The position numbers were made by a program, and so were the translations under genes. Below are positions 28,967 to 39,136 of a stretch of 64,000 nt of DNA, in pieces. Numbering within the stretch: position 1 is the stretch's first letter; each line of letters starts with the position of its first letter. A model generated the notes under the pieces. That model had not been told where the DNA came from and did not search any database. It worked only from the letters and a program-made list of their open reading frames with translations. The stretch lies in the IMG/VR virus record IMGVR_UViG_3300030102_004953. One strand, 5' to 3'. Origin of the DNA: an uncultured virus (IMG/VR IMGVR_UViG_3300030102_004953). Its lineage: Duplodnaviria; Heunggongvirae; Uroviricota; Caudoviricetes.

Positions 28967-30793
28967 TTAAATTTTGTTATTTAGAGTAGAATCTACTTCC
29001 TTTTCATACTCTTTTTTTAACTCTTCTGATTCATTTATGATTTTTTTATCGTTTTTAGCTATCTTTTTTAGAGATGTTTTCATATTATCATAATGAGATA
29101 GAGCTAAATTAGTTGCAGCAACTACTCTATCGTGTTTACCTAAAGGATCTCTTCCTCTAGCACTTCCATCTTTACTGTATTTTGGTAATTCTTTTGGTCT
29201 TCCAGCGCCTTCGTGTCCACCCTCTGGTGCTCCACCCTCTTCATCAAACTCATCTAACTCGTGTCCTGTTCTACCCATAGCCAAATCTGCTGGTGTTCCT
29301 TGTGATTGTCCTGATTTTTCAGGATCATTACCCTCATTTTCTATCTGAGAGCGTCTGAACTTTTCTTTAGTATCATCTATTATCTTGTCTCTCTCTGTTT
29401 TAATATCATCTTTACTGAAATTAAATACATTTGAGTAAATCCAATCAGAAGAAACTAACCCATCTTGTAACATCGAAGATGCTAATTGTGTCTTACTACT
29501 CCACAACTCTACTTTTTCTGTTTCATATATTGTAGATGGGTTTGTTAAATTTAATTCAAAGTTTACTAATTCAGCATCTTTAAATCCTTGTGCATATAAA
29601 TGAACAATAGCTATCTTAGTTAACTCTGATACTGTAATTCTTTGTAATCTTTCTATGGTACGAGCAAATCTTACATCCTCAGCTGCTAATGTAGCTTTAG
29701 CACCCAATCCCTCTTCATATCCTAAGAAAGCTTTTGGTACTCTTAATGCAGCCATCATTTTATTTCTGAGGTATTCTATATCATCAGTAGCCTCATATGT
29801 TAAGCCTGGTAATGAATCGATTTGTGTTCCACTATCACCACCACGAACTGGTAAGAAGAAATCTTCAGTTATGTTTTGCATATTGTATTTGAGATTATAT
29901 TCGCCTGTTGTTTGGTCTATAATAGGTGCCTTCTTCATCTTATCAACAATTTGCCCCATATAGTTATCAACTTCATTTGGTGGTATGTTTCCAATATCTA
30001 CTCTAAACACTCTCTTTTCAGGTGCTCTCATAATACGATGAATTAACATCGCATCTTCCATAAGAGATAATTGTTTCCATATCTTTCTACCACTCTCAAT
30101 CATTGATTTACCATAAGGCAAATAGTTTGTATCAGCCAACATTCTAAAATGTGCTATTTCAAAATTTTCAAACTCTGTCTTAATAGTTGATACTGAACGT
30201 CTTGGGTCTGATGTTTCTTGTACAAATTTTACCATCTCAGGATTCTCAGGATCCATTCCCTCTATCCTTGATAAATCATATGGAGACATTGGTTCTACAT
30301 TTGTAATACCATATTTCTCTGCGATGTTTAACTTTAAAAAGAAATCTCCATACTTACACATATTACGAATCCACGGCCAGAGATTAAATTCTATATTTAA
30401 AATATCATAAAATAAGTTATTTAAGATTTCTTGTATATTCTTATTACTTGAATTTATGGTTAATACGTTTCCATACTCTGATTTCATTGTTGATTCATCA
30501 GCGTAAATATCTAATGCAGAACTAATGATTGGGTCAGCATCCATCGATTCATAATCTTTAAATAATCCCAACCTTACAGTACGAACCATAGCGGTATCTG
30601 AATAACCACTTAATCCTAAAGGACCTGCGCTACCTTTATACAGCTTAGTATATCTATCTACTAAATGTGATTTAGCATTAGCTTGTATTTCATCGGTATC
30701 TATTACTTTTAATTTTCTTCCACCAACGTTTCTGATTATTACATTTGTAGAAAACAATCTTTGTAGTCTACCAAATAATGATGTATCAGCCAT
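28967..30793 (-). CDS. Portal protein (T4 gp20-like)
   Basis: I..ALDIYADE, LMEDAMLIHRIMRAPEKRVF.VDIGN.P, EDFFLP.RG...GT.I..LPG, L.VPK, ED.RF.R.I.RLQ. Confidence 0.96.
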   Translation of the reverse strand: MADTSLFGRLQRLFSTNVIIRNVGGRKLKVIDTDEIQANAKSHLVDRYTKLYKGSAGPLGLSGYSDTAMVRTVRLGLFKDYESMDADPIISSALDIYADESTMKSEYGNVLTINSSNKNIQEILNNLFYDILNIEFNLWPWIRNMCKYGDFFLKLNIAEKYGITNVEPMSPYDLSRIEGMDPENPEMVKFVQETSDPRRSVSTIKTEFENFEIAHFRMLADTNYLPYGKSMIESGRKIWKQLSLMEDAMLIHRIMRAPEKRVFRVDIGNIPPNEVDNYMGQIVDKMKKAPIIDQTTGEYNLKYNMQNITEDFFLPVRGGDSGTQIDSLPGLTYEATDDIEYLRNKMMAALRVPKAFLGYEEGLGAKATLAAEDVRFARTIERLQRITVSELTKIAIVHLYAQGFKDAELVNFELNLTNPSTIYETEKVELWSSKTQLASSMLQDGLVSSDWIYSNVFNFSKDDIKTERDKIIDDTKEKFRRSQIENEGNDPEKSGQSQGTPADLAMGRTGHELDEFDEEGGAPEGGHEGAGRPKELPKYSKDGSARGRDPLGKHDRVVAATNLALSHYDNMKTSLKKIAKNDKKIINESEELKKEYEKEVDSTLNNKI

Positions 30794-30804
30794 TTTTTAC
30801 CTCA

Positions 30805-32385
30805 CTATAAAAGCCATTCAAGGCTTTCCTTATTTTTACCGACTTCCCATTTCCAAGAATCGGCTTTATCTGTTTTGTTAGTATAGACTCCTTGACTATT
30901 ATACTGATTCATACTATCAAGAGCTTTTCTCTGTAATTGAACACCTTCAGCACGTAATCTAAGAGCAGTTTCTCTTACCCATAGAGCTACAGCATATGAC
31001 ATAACTAAGTCATCATTGTATCCTCTCATTGCCTCAGCGCGTTGCCCGTTATATATAAATACAAACAACTCATCAATTAAACGATTTGAACTAACTTCTA
31101 CTAACTTTTCTCTAAAAAATTCTTCTAATTTAGCAACAACTAATGGTCTTGTTTTCATTGACATTGTGAAACCAGGCACCATCTTCTTTTCTTCTCTATA
31201 ATGTTTATTTGTCATTTGATGTTCTACATCAACATACTTTAAATCTTTACTCATATAGAATAGGTTAGGGTAACCTCTATCTATAATTTGTTGAATAGCT
31301 GCCCAACCAATATTGTTATTCTCCACAACGAGTAATGCATTGTTATACTCTGCAGATATATTAACTAACAAGTTACCAAAATCTCTTGTAGACAAAACAC
31401 CTTTGTATTCTGCTACTTGTTTTAAAGTTTCTAACTCAAGTATATGAAATGCTGAAAAGTCTGTAGAATCTCCCCTACTAACGTCAGCACTAACTATGTA
31501 ATCTTTAGTATAATTTGGTGGTTCCCATATCCATAAATTACTATCCACTCCACGTTTTTCCATAGGTTCATTAACAAACTTAGTTTTTTGTTCTTCAAGT
31601 AGAACACCATCAATTACAGTTTGTCCTGAACTTATAAAATCACAATCACATTCTTGAGCTGCAAGTGATGGACCAAGTAATTTATCTTGTTCATCTCTCC
31701 ACTCTTGCCCTCTATCTGGATGTACAGTCCAATGAAGTTTGATAAAATTAAAATCATTAATACCATCTTCAGCATCCATCCAAGTTTTGTGAAACCAATT
31801 ACCAATACCATTAGGTGTAGATAGTGCGATACATTGTCCACCAGTTGATAGTGTCTGAGAAGCCGCTGCCCATATCCCATCAATCTTTTCAATGAATGCT
31901 GCCTCATCAAGTATCAGTAACGATAGTGCTTCAGAACGACCACTATCCTCACCACTTGATACAGCTTTAATTTGAGAACCATTTTTATATCTAAGATTTA
32001 ATTTATTATCTTCAACACACTTTGCCTTTAACCAAGTAGGTAAATTTGCGTGCATCACACGAACTTTAGTAACCAAGTTTTTAGCAACATCTTGTTTAGT
32101 TGCTATAACCAATATATTCTTATCTTGATTAAAAGTCATCATCCATAGTGAGTAAGCAGCTGTAAGAGTTGATATACCTAATTGTCTAGCTTTTAAGATA
32201 ACGTTAAATCTATGTAACAATAAATCAGACATAGTTTTTTCTTGAAACTCATACAAATCAAAAGGTATCTTACCTTTCATTGGATGTTGAATGACACAAT
32301 ACTTCTTTACAAAGTAGCTTGGGTCACTAGCACATTTAAGATATTCTTTTTTAATAGCTTCTTTTAGTGGTGCTGGATTAGCCAA
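30805..32385 (-). CDS. Terminase large subunit (T4 gp17-like)
   Basis: FDLY.FQ, KARQLGIST (Walker A region), LILDEAAF (Walker B), STPNG, ADVSRG...DFSA, VVENN, GYNDDLVM. Confidence 0.96.
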   Translation of the reverse strand: MANPAPLKEAIKKEYLKCASDPSYFVKKYCVIQHPMKGKIPFDLYEFQEKTMSDLLLHRFNVILKARQLGISTLTAAYSLWMMTFNQDKNILVIATKQDVAKNLVTKVRVMHANLPTWLKAKCVEDNKLNLRYKNGSQIKAVSSGEDSGRSEALSLLILDEAAFIEKIDGIWAAASQTLSTGGQCIALSTPNGIGNWFHKTWMDAEDGINDFNFIKLHWTVHPDRGQEWRDEQDKLLGPSLAAQECDCDFISSGQTVIDGVLLEEQKTKFVNEPMEKRGVDSNLWIWEPPNYTKDYIVSADVSRGDSTDFSAFHILELETLKQVAEYKGVLSTRDFGNLLVNISAEYNNALLVVENNNIGWAAIQQIIDRGYPNLFYMSKDLKYVDVEHQMTNKHYREEKKMVPGFTMSMKTRPLVVAKLEEFFREKLVEVSSNRLIDELFVFIYNGQRAEAMRGYNDDLVMSYAVALWVRETALRLRAEGVQLQRKALDSMNQYNSQGVYTNKTDKADSWKWEVGKNKESLEWLL

Positions 32386-32773
32386 TTATCTTTCCTGTTT
32401 GGTTAACAAGTGTGATTACTGCATACGATAATACAGAACCATATCCAAAATATAACCATTTGTTTTCATACCAACTTGGTTTAACTAACTTAACCTTTTT
32501 CTCTGTAAGAGCTAATTGTTCGTTAGTTAGTTTTATTTCTTCTTCAAGTGTAGTAATCATTATAGCTTTCAAACTATCTTGATATGTTAGAGAATCTACT
32601 TTGTTTTCTAAGTAGATAAAATCATTTTCAAGGTTAATCATTTCCTCATCAGTAAATGTAGTTTGTGCACCAAGACTTACCATAAGTAGTGCAATAGCAG
32701 TTATCATACTAACAACAAATTTTATTGTAAACTCTGGATTATCAGAGAAAAATAAATCTAAAATTCTTTTCAT
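32378..32773 (-). CDS. Membrane/exported coiled-coil protein (possible spanin-type)
   Basis: N-terminal hydrophobic segment ending LGA|Q, coiled coil, C-terminal hydrophobic segment after WYENKW. Confidence 0.5.
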   Translation of the reverse strand: MKRILDLFFSDNPEFTIKFVVSMITAIALLMVSLGAQTTFTDEEMINLENDFIYLENKVDSLTYQDSLKAIMITTLEEEIKLTNEQLALTEKKVKLVKPSWYENKWLYFGYGSVLSYAVITLVNQTGKIIG

Positions 32774-33021
32774 TTTTTAGCTCTCGCTTTCAACGATGTT
32801 CTAGCAGCTTTTGCTGTCTTGACATTTGGTTTCTTTTTAGGTGTTTTTTTAACAGCTTTCTTTACTGTAGCTTTTTTCTTTTGTACTACCTTTTTAGCTT
32901 TCTTAACTTCTTTTACTTTCTTATCAATCTTCTTAACTTCTGCTTTTTTCTTAGCAGATGCCTTACCACTTAATCCTAAGATACCTAAGATAGCCATTAT
33001 TATTTTTACTAAGCCTTTCAT
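32770..33021 (-). CDS. Small Lys/Ala-rich membrane-anchored protein
   Basis: N-terminal hydrophobic stretch, then a very Lys-rich tail. Confidence 0.55.
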   Translation of the reverse strand: MKGLVKIIMAILGILGLSGKASAKKKAEVKKIDKKVKEVKKAKKVVQKKKATVKKAVKKTPKKKPNVKTAKAARTSLKARAKK

Positions 33022-33022
33022 A

Positions 33023-33256
33023 CTATGCCTCTCCGTGTCTTGTTAAACCGATGTTTGTTAATATATCATCAAGGGATACTCCCTCTTTACCAGCAAATTT
33101 GTGAATTTCGTTTTCTACTTCAGTAAAAGCGTGTAAAGCACTATCTAAATCTTTATGATTATCTGCGTGATATACTCTACATATCTCTTTTAAATTAGAT
33201 ACTAAATCTAATAATCTATCAAGTACTTCTGTACTAATCGTTACTGATTGTTTCAT
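33023..33256 (-). CDS. Hypothetical protein
   Basis: 77-aa ORF in operon. Confidence 0.5.
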   Translation of the reverse strand: MKQSVTISTEVLDRLLDLVSNLKEICRVYHADNHKDLDSALHAFTEVENEIHKFAGKEGVSLDDILTNIGLTRHGEA

Positions 33257-33794
33257 CTTCTACCAAACTATGTAAATATTTTTCTGCTTCATCTGCCATC
33301 TTGTTCATATGTTCTCTTGTCTTTTCACTAATCTCTAATTTTTCTCTATCAACACTATATCCATCAACATATGGTTGGTGTAGAACTTCAGGACTTTCTT
33401 GCTCTCTCCACTCCTTTAATCCTTGTAACATATCTTTTACAAATGCTTTTTTATTTTCTTTTATCTTATTTTGTTCCCACTCTTCATATTCACCTTTGAT
33501 ACGAAGTTTATTTTCTATAGTTATTTGACAATCAAAACAATGTCCAAATAATCTCCACATTTTATCATCTAAATTATTTTTCATTGTTTTTTTACACTCG
33601 GGACAAAACCACGGCATCCGTACTTCTTTCATTATCTCCGATAATCTATCTATCTTATCACCTTGCTTTTCCCAAGCCTTTCCATCTTTATCTCCATTGT
33701 ATCCTACTTGTACTCTTTTCTCAGGAGTTTCTCCACGTAAGATAGATTTTAACGCTTTGTTTTGTCTTTCCGATTCTTTACTATAACCAGCCAT
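33234..33794 (-). CDS. Zinc-binding hypothetical protein
   Basis: CPEC...CFDC. Confidence 0.65.
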   Translation of the reverse strand: MAGYSKESERQNKALKSILRGETPEKRVQVGYNGDKDGKAWEKQGDKIDRLSEIMKEVRMPWFCPECKKTMKNNLDDKMWRLFGHCFDCQITIENKLRIKGEYEEWEQNKIKENKKAFVKDMLQGLKEWREQESPEVLHQPYVDGYSVDREKLEISEKTREHMNKMADEAEKYLHSLVEDETISND

Positions 33795-33799
33795 ATAAT

Positions 33800-35632
33800 T
33801 TATCCAAACTTTAATAATCCGAGGATTTGATTGATTGGTGCGAATGCACCTGTAAATTTATATATCTTATTTTTATACTTAAAAACAATTCCCTCTGATG
33901 GAACGATAGCATCTGAACCACCAATAGCCTCAAACTTCTCTAACTGTCTTTTTAGAGTATCTAACTTAGATACATCTTTTGCAGATTTGAGTTGTTTAAC
34001 TGCAGCATCAACTTCTTTCTTCATCTTAGCCACGGTTGCTTTTGGATTCGCTGCTAAGAAACCACTAACGTTTTTAAGTATCTCTGCACCCAATTCAAAA
34101 AATAAAATTTCAAATGGTTTTATATTATCTTTTTGTAACTTTTTCAAATCTTTTTTGTCTGTAGATTTAGCCCAATCTAAAAACTTTTCATTCTTTATAT
34201 TCTTTTTATCTAACCTAAAACTTTTGTCTAAGAATGCCCATCTTTTTGTTAATTTAAGTAAAACAGTTCTTGGAATTCTATACTTGTATTGTTTAGATGC
34301 ATTATATATGAATTCCATCCAATAAGTTTCGTGATACTTACCTAAAGTATCATTATCCTTTAGTCTATAAATATTCTGTAATTTCTGTAACTTCGATAAA
34401 AAATATTTTTGTCTTTTAGCAAAATCTTGTGTTTTAGCTACTTTTAAAAAATTAGGTTTAGAAATAGTAAATTTTTTCTGTACGTGTTGATTTACTTGTC
34501 TAATCATACCCTCTAGTATACGAGCTAAAGATGCATCAATTTTTTTAGCTACACCAGCTTCAGTATACTCTGTAGCGTTATGGAAAACTAAGTAAGCTCC
34601 ATCATAATTCACTACATTAGCAGATGCTGGATACATAACCTCTAAGTTCATCCACCTCTTACCATTACCAAAAACCTTTTCTTTTTGTTTATCTGATAAC
34701 TTAGTTATAGCTTTACTTAAATCTTTCATAGCAAAAACAAATGTATCCTTAATAACTCCTCTACCAGCAAACAAACTTTTTACAGCATTGATGTTTAAAG
34801 CGTTTTCTCCAAAACCTTTTAGCTGTCCTTTGTTTCTAGCTGCTACTAACTGATTACCTTTCCAACTAATTAGTAAGTTTTGTCCATCAAGTTTTTCTGT
34901 AACGTTATCCTCACGATTAAGTTTACCACTTAGTCCTAATTTTATTATCTTCTTTAAATCTCCAAAAGTTAAATCAGCATCATCAAATGGATGATTCATA
35001 TGTCCAGCAGCACCACCCTCAAGTAATTGAACACGAAGTGTTTTTGAAATCCACTTCTTGTAAGATTCGTAATCTTTTTCATCTACAAATCCTTTATACC
35101 CACCAATTTCTTCAGAACCTTTTGGAGTGCCTGTTTTACTTACCTCTTTTAAAGATTCTAACCACCATTCTTTAGAAAACATTTGAACTTTATTTTCAGA
35201 TACCTCTCTTTTTTGATTAGCACCAGGCGCAAGTATTGTTCCAATAACACTTTTATAGGCTTCTTTTTCTCCTAACCAAGCTACAACTTCCCAACCTAAC
35301 TGAGATAATTCTTTTTGTTTTCTTTTTTTCCACAAAGTAACTGATTCTTTTGCTCCACGTTTAGTTCCAGCATCTCCGAAAGTAGGTGAACCTAACGCCC
35401 TATATCTAAGTTTGTAATCAAAGCCAGGATCTTCTGCACCATCACTTATCATATAATCAACTACTTGCCAACCTAATTCAGCATACAAACTATCTAACCA
35501 CTTTTTTGATTCATCCCTATACTCACTAAAACTTTTGTAAAATGTAGGTGGAGCATCATCGATAAAGGCAGAATTATTTATTGAGGATTCTTTTAAAAAC
35601 CTTCTTATTAAATCTTCTGATAATGTTTTCAT
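33800..35632 (-). CDS. Multi-module protein with an RNA-ligase-like nucleotidyltransferase domain
   Basis: EGGAAGHMNHP, TEKLDGQN (KxDG motif I), EG.VF...YKFTG.F (motifs IV/V). Confidence 0.6.
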   Translation of the reverse strand: MKTLSEDLIRRFLKESSINNSAFIDDAPPTFYKSFSEYRDESKKWLDSLYAELGWQVVDYMISDGAEDPGFDYKLRYRALGSPTFGDAGTKRGAKESVTLWKKRKQKELSQLGWEVVAWLGEKEAYKSVIGTILAPGANQKREVSENKVQMFSKEWWLESLKEVSKTGTPKGSEEIGGYKGFVDEKDYESYKKWISKTLRVQLLEGGAAGHMNHPFDDADLTFGDLKKIIKLGLSGKLNREDNVTEKLDGQNLLISWKGNQLVAARNKGQLKGFGENALNINAVKSLFAGRGVIKDTFVFAMKDLSKAITKLSDKQKEKVFGNGKRWMNLEVMYPASANVVNYDGAYLVFHNATEYTEAGVAKKIDASLARILEGMIRQVNQHVQKKFTISKPNFLKVAKTQDFAKRQKYFLSKLQKLQNIYRLKDNDTLGKYHETYWMEFIYNASKQYKYRIPRTVLLKLTKRWAFLDKSFRLDKKNIKNEKFLDWAKSTDKKDLKKLQKDNIKPFEILFFELGAEILKNVSGFLAANPKATVAKMKKEVDAAVKQLKSAKDVSKLDTLKRQLEKFEAIGGSDAIVPSEGIVFKYKNKIYKFTGAFAPINQILGLLKFG

Positions 35633-37251
35633 TAGAAACTACCTATCATCATCTTATATAGACGTTCATCATAATAACCAAATAATTGTTTGAATAATTT
35701 TTTCCTTTGTTCTGGTTTAATTTTATCACTTCCTAACACTTGTCTCATAACCGTTCCACTCACTTCCTTACCTGCTACTTTAACAGATACGTGAGGTGCT
35801 TGAATTACATAACCATTATCTTGATAACCCACTAAGTTATTTTTATTTTTATTATAATCTAAAAAGTATTTACCAGCAGATAATCTACCTTTATCTTTTG
35901 CACCAACTGCAAAAACAACTGCTGTATCTTTTGGAAATGTTTTAGTTAGCTTAGCTGGATTATATGGATTATCCATAACAATTCTATTTGCTGGTATTCC
36001 CATCTTAACCATATGTGCTTTTTTCTCTGCAAAGTTCATAGGGTGTCTTGGTGGTGATTTTATATTGGAAGTAACGATGTATGCATCACCAAACTTTTTC
36101 TTCAACGCCAAATAAACTCTTTTATGATGAGGACCAAATGGTTGAAATCTACCTGGATATATAGCAACTACTTTCTTAACTTTATCTACAGCCTCAAATG
36201 CAAATCCGTGACCTGTAAATACTTTTCCAAGTTCCATCCCACGTGGTAAGTCTATTGATTCTTTTATTCCCTTACTCGTATCGGTTTTAAGAAAAGGACC
36301 TCTTCTAAGTGTTTGAAACCTAACAGGCACTTCTTGTCCAAATAAATTTTTAGGTGCTAAGATTCTGAGTGTAACCATCTTCTTAGGATTATCGACTTTA
36401 ATAGTTTCAAATTCTATCTCTTTATATTTCTTACCCTTATGTGTTAGGTTCTTACCTGTAATAAACTTTTCTATTTTATTACCTCTGACTGCAAAGGCTT
36501 CTTTAAATTTTTTGTAACCACTACCATAAGGTACTGAAGTGTGTCCTTTTCTTTTCATCTTCTTAACCATCTTACGACTTGGTGATGGTAAAACTCCTGT
36601 AGGTGCACCAAACTCTTCATTTAAATTTTCTCTAAAAAACATAGATAACTTTTTACCAAATTTTTCACCATACGCTTTATCTGATGGATAGTGTGCTTTT
36701 GCAACTATCCTTGAGTAAGCTATATTCTCTGCTAAATCATCTAAAGCAGCACCCATATGTGGTACACGTAACTTCAATAATTCAGCTATAAGATAAGCCT
36801 GCGCTGCGTGTCCACTTGGAAACGATGGTGTTTTCATACTATCCAATTCAGTACCATTCAAATTCATACCATAGAACTCAGCTAGTTGATGTGGTCTTGG
36901 ACGGTTGTGTTTAAACTTCTCTCTGAGAATAAATTTTGTTGATTCTTTTAAAGCTGTATTTATTAGTTTTTCCAACTTTTTTGTATACACCCCAAACTCT
37001 TCTAATAACTCTACATAAACTTTATCAACATTATCAAACTTTTTTACGTAATCATCATCTCTGTCTACTGATTGTAACATCTTTAGTTCTTTATATGTAG
37101 AACGACTTTCATTTGATGGTGGAAATTGACGTGGAATGATGACATCTAAAAAATTTGGCGTATTCATTTCCATCTTTCTTAGATGTTTTTTCTTTGGTGC
37201 CTTATGATACACCATAGTAGCAAGTTCAGTTAGTTTTGATATTTTTATCAT
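35632..37251 (-). CDS. PAP2-family phosphatase fused to a cytidylyltransferase-like (HxGH-type) domain
   Basis: K.KHNRPRP, TPSFPSGH, SRIVAKAHYPSD (PAP2 motifs 1-3); AIYPGRFQPFGPHH, VGAKD..R, SGT.MR. Confidence 0.8.
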   Translation of the reverse strand: MIKISKLTELATMVYHKAPKKKHLRKMEMNTPNFLDVIIPRQFPPSNESRSTYKELKMLQSVDRDDDYVKKFDNVDKVYVELLEEFGVYTKKLEKLINTALKESTKFILREKFKHNRPRPHQLAEFYGMNLNGTELDSMKTPSFPSGHAAQAYLIAELLKLRVPHMGAALDDLAENIAYSRIVAKAHYPSDKAYGEKFGKKLSMFFRENLNEEFGAPTGVLPSPSRKMVKKMKRKGHTSVPYGSGYKKFKEAFAVRGNKIEKFITGKNLTHKGKKYKEIEFETIKVDNPKKMVTLRILAPKNLFGQEVPVRFQTLRRGPFLKTDTSKGIKESIDLPRGMELGKVFTGHGFAFEAVDKVKKVVAIYPGRFQPFGPHHKRVYLALKKKFGDAYIVTSNIKSPPRHPMNFAEKKAHMVKMGIPANRIVMDNPYNPAKLTKTFPKDTAVVFAVGAKDKGRLSAGKYFLDYNKNKNNLVGYQDNGYVIQAPHVSVKVAGKEVSGTVMRQVLGSDKIKPEQRKKLFKQLFGYYDERLYKMMIGSF

Positions 37252-37391
37252 CTTCTTCCAAAAGTAGGTTGGTTATCTTTGTTTTTAGCCAACCATTTTT
37301 TATATTGTTTAGCTGTACGACCTTTTCTTGCTAATTCTTTGTTTAATGCAGCTCTTTTCTTTTTTCTATCTTTCGCATCTCTATTTGGCAT
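37248..37391 (-). CDS. 47-aa highly basic protein
   Basis: Manual translation MPNRDAKDRKKKRAALNKELARKGRTAKQYKKWLAKNKDNQPTFGRR; fills the gap and has an ATGA overlap with the next gene. Confidence 0.7.
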   Translation of the reverse strand: MPNRDAKDRKKKRAALNKELARKGRTAKQYKKWLAKNKDNQPTFGRR

Positions 37392-37614
37392 CCTTATTAC
37401 CCATTACTTTCTCTACACCAGCTATGCCAAAACAACCTAAAGTAATGTAAAGGAAACTATTATATACAAAATCATTTATCGGTAACTCTAAACCCATATA
37501 GCCTGTTACCAAATCTGTGATACTGTATATAGTCATTACAGCGAATGACATAAAACCGATTATAGTTTTTTCATTAAATTCGTTTTCATCTTTGAATATG
37601 TCTTTAAAAGCCAT
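37381..37614 (-). CDS. Two-TM membrane protein (holin-like candidate)
   Basis: Two hydrophobic helices, charged C-terminus. Confidence 0.5.
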   Translation of the reverse strand: MAFKDIFKDENEFNEKTIIGFMSFAVMTIYSITDLVTGYMGLELPINDFVYNSFLYITLGCFGIAGVEKVMGNKDAK

Positions 37615-37985
37615 TACCAAGTCCTACACGCCCAATATCTGGCTTTATGTCTTGGTCCTGGATTATCACAATTATGTCTAGCTCTAAATGATTTACGAGC
37701 TTTTGGATTTGATTTTCTAATTCTCATAGTACCACCTTTAGCATCTCCACCTTGTCCAAAGTTTACCTTAACAACATTACCTTTTGGATTCTTTACATAT
37801 ACTTTGAACTTTTTAGCATCACCTTGCATAATCTTACCAAGTTTTACTTTTCTTCCTTGATACTCTGCTTCAGTTAAATCATTTACAAATTCAAATGTAT
37901 ACCCATAAGGTTTACCCTCTGATTCATAATAGATGTGTGTAGTGGTTAATTTACCACTTGAATTAGATTCTACAAATACTTCCAT
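37614..37985 (-). CDS. Basic protein, probable internal head protein
   Basis: LTE|AEYQGRKV, KKFKVYVK..KVNFG, RKSFRARHNC..ARYWAC..W. Confidence 0.65.
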   Translation of the reverse strand: MEVFVESNSSGKLTTTHIYYESEGKPYGYTFEFVNDLTEAEYQGRKVKLGKIMQGDAKKFKVYVKNPKGNVVKVNFGQGGDAKGGTMRIRKSNPKARKSFRARHNCDNPGPRHKARYWACRTW

Positions 37986-37987
37986 AA

Positions 37988-38176
37988 TTAAGCTTTCCTC
38001 CAACCCCCACCTGCAGCTTTATACTGTTTAGCAGCCCAAGCATTTGCGTAAGCTGATGGATATACATCAAACTTCTTTTTAGCTTGTGCTTTGTAGTAAG
38101 CCCACTTTGATGGTTTTGTTGGAACATTTTTTTCTAAGAATAAATTTAGTTTTTCTTCTGCTAATTTTTTATCCAT
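37988..38176 (-). CDS. Small basic protein
   Basis: AKKKFDVYPSAYAN.WAAKQYK..GG.W. Confidence 0.65.
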   Translation of the reverse strand: MDKKLAEEKLNLFLEKNVPTKPSKWAYYKAQAKKKFDVYPSAYANAWAAKQYKAAGGGWRKA

Positions 38177-38178
38177 AG

Positions 38179-38691
38179 CTAACCTCTCTTCTTTCTTCCT
38201 GCACAATGTGCTTTTTGTGAAAATCCTTTTGGATTGTTACAATTAATACTTTTTTTGTATTTTTGACTCCATTTTTCATTAATCCTCTCTACTCTATAAA
38301 TATCTACACATCCACAATCAAATTCATTTGTTAAGTAAGTTTTGTTGTTTACAGTATGCTTGCTTACCTCATTTCTTTTTTTAGTTTTCTTTTTCATCTT
38401 ATTGATGTAAGCTCTGTAAACAGCAGCTTGTGCAGTTTTACCCATTTCTCTAGCTCGTTGTTCCATAGCTACAGCTGCTTGTATCTTATGTGCGTGTGTT
38501 TTACCACTACCACTAATTTTACTTACTGATGCTTTTGCATCTTTTACTGTAGCAAACTTTAATCCTTTAATTGTACCTTTTGGATTTTCATCCGTGTACA
38601 AATCAGAATGTGATTTGGAATTACGGCGTTGTCCTTTTTTTCTTGGGATTCTTGGATTAGCTTGCTTTTCCTGTACCACTTTTCTTTCCAC
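38179..38691 (-). CDS. Basic multi-module protein (start uncertain, GTG)
   Basis: HSDLYTDENPKGTI.GL.F module and C-terminal INE|KWSQKYKKSINCNNPKGFSQKAHC module. Confidence 0.6.
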   Translation of the reverse strand: MERKVVQEKQANPRIPRKKGQRRNSKSHSDLYTDENPKGTIKGLKFATVKDAKASVSKISGSGKTHAHKIQAAVAMEQRAREMGKTAQAAVYRAYINKMKKKTKKRNEVSKHTVNNKTYLTNEFDCGCVDIYRVERINEKWSQKYKKSINCNNPKGFSQKAHCAGRKKRG

Positions 38692-39133
38692 TACGTTTTG
38701 TATGTGTTGATACTCTTACTGGCTTTTTACCTTGTCCTGGCGCCTGTTTACCACCTCTACCTGCCTTGTTTTGTGCTGCTCTCTTTCTACGAGTTGCACT
38801 TTCCTTTTCTTTCTTACTCATCGAAGCTGCTTTAGATGCAGGAACACATTTTGCATACCCACGTTTTTTACCACTTGTACCACAAGGTGGATGTTTACCA
38901 GATTTATCTTTCTTTCCTATATTCACCCATTTTTGTTTAAACCAATTTCTTAAATCTTCATTTACAGGATTACCACAATGAATACAAAGATTATCTATTA
39001 TCTTTGTAGCTTGTTCTGAAGTAATGTTGAGTCTTTCTCTTAAATCTTTTTTTATCATCATTTTATCTTTCGGTGATATTCTTTGTTTCTTTTTACCAAT
39101 CTCACTTGGTTCATCTACGTGAAATGTTTTCAT
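38657..39133 (-). CDS. Basic protein
   Basis: VNE|DLRNWFKQKWV...PPCG...YAKCVP...RRKR. Confidence 0.65.
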   Translation of the reverse strand: MKTFHVDEPSEIGKKKQRISPKDKMMIKKDLRERLNITSEQATKIIDNLCIHCGNPVNEDLRNWFKQKWVNIGKKDKSGKHPPCGTSGKKRGYAKCVPASKAASMSKKEKESATRRKRAAQNKAGRGGKQAPGQGKKPVRVSTHTKRSGKKSGTGKAS

Positions 39134-39136
39134 AAT

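Noticed and set aside
32160..32200. Inactive terminase because Walker A reads RQLGIST without Lys
   Set aside because: All other ATPase and nuclease motifs are intact; most likely a family variant.
38657..38691. Programmed frameshift joining two overlapping basic ORFs
   Set aside because: In-frame GTG starts exist and no convincing slippery site or stimulatory structure was seen.
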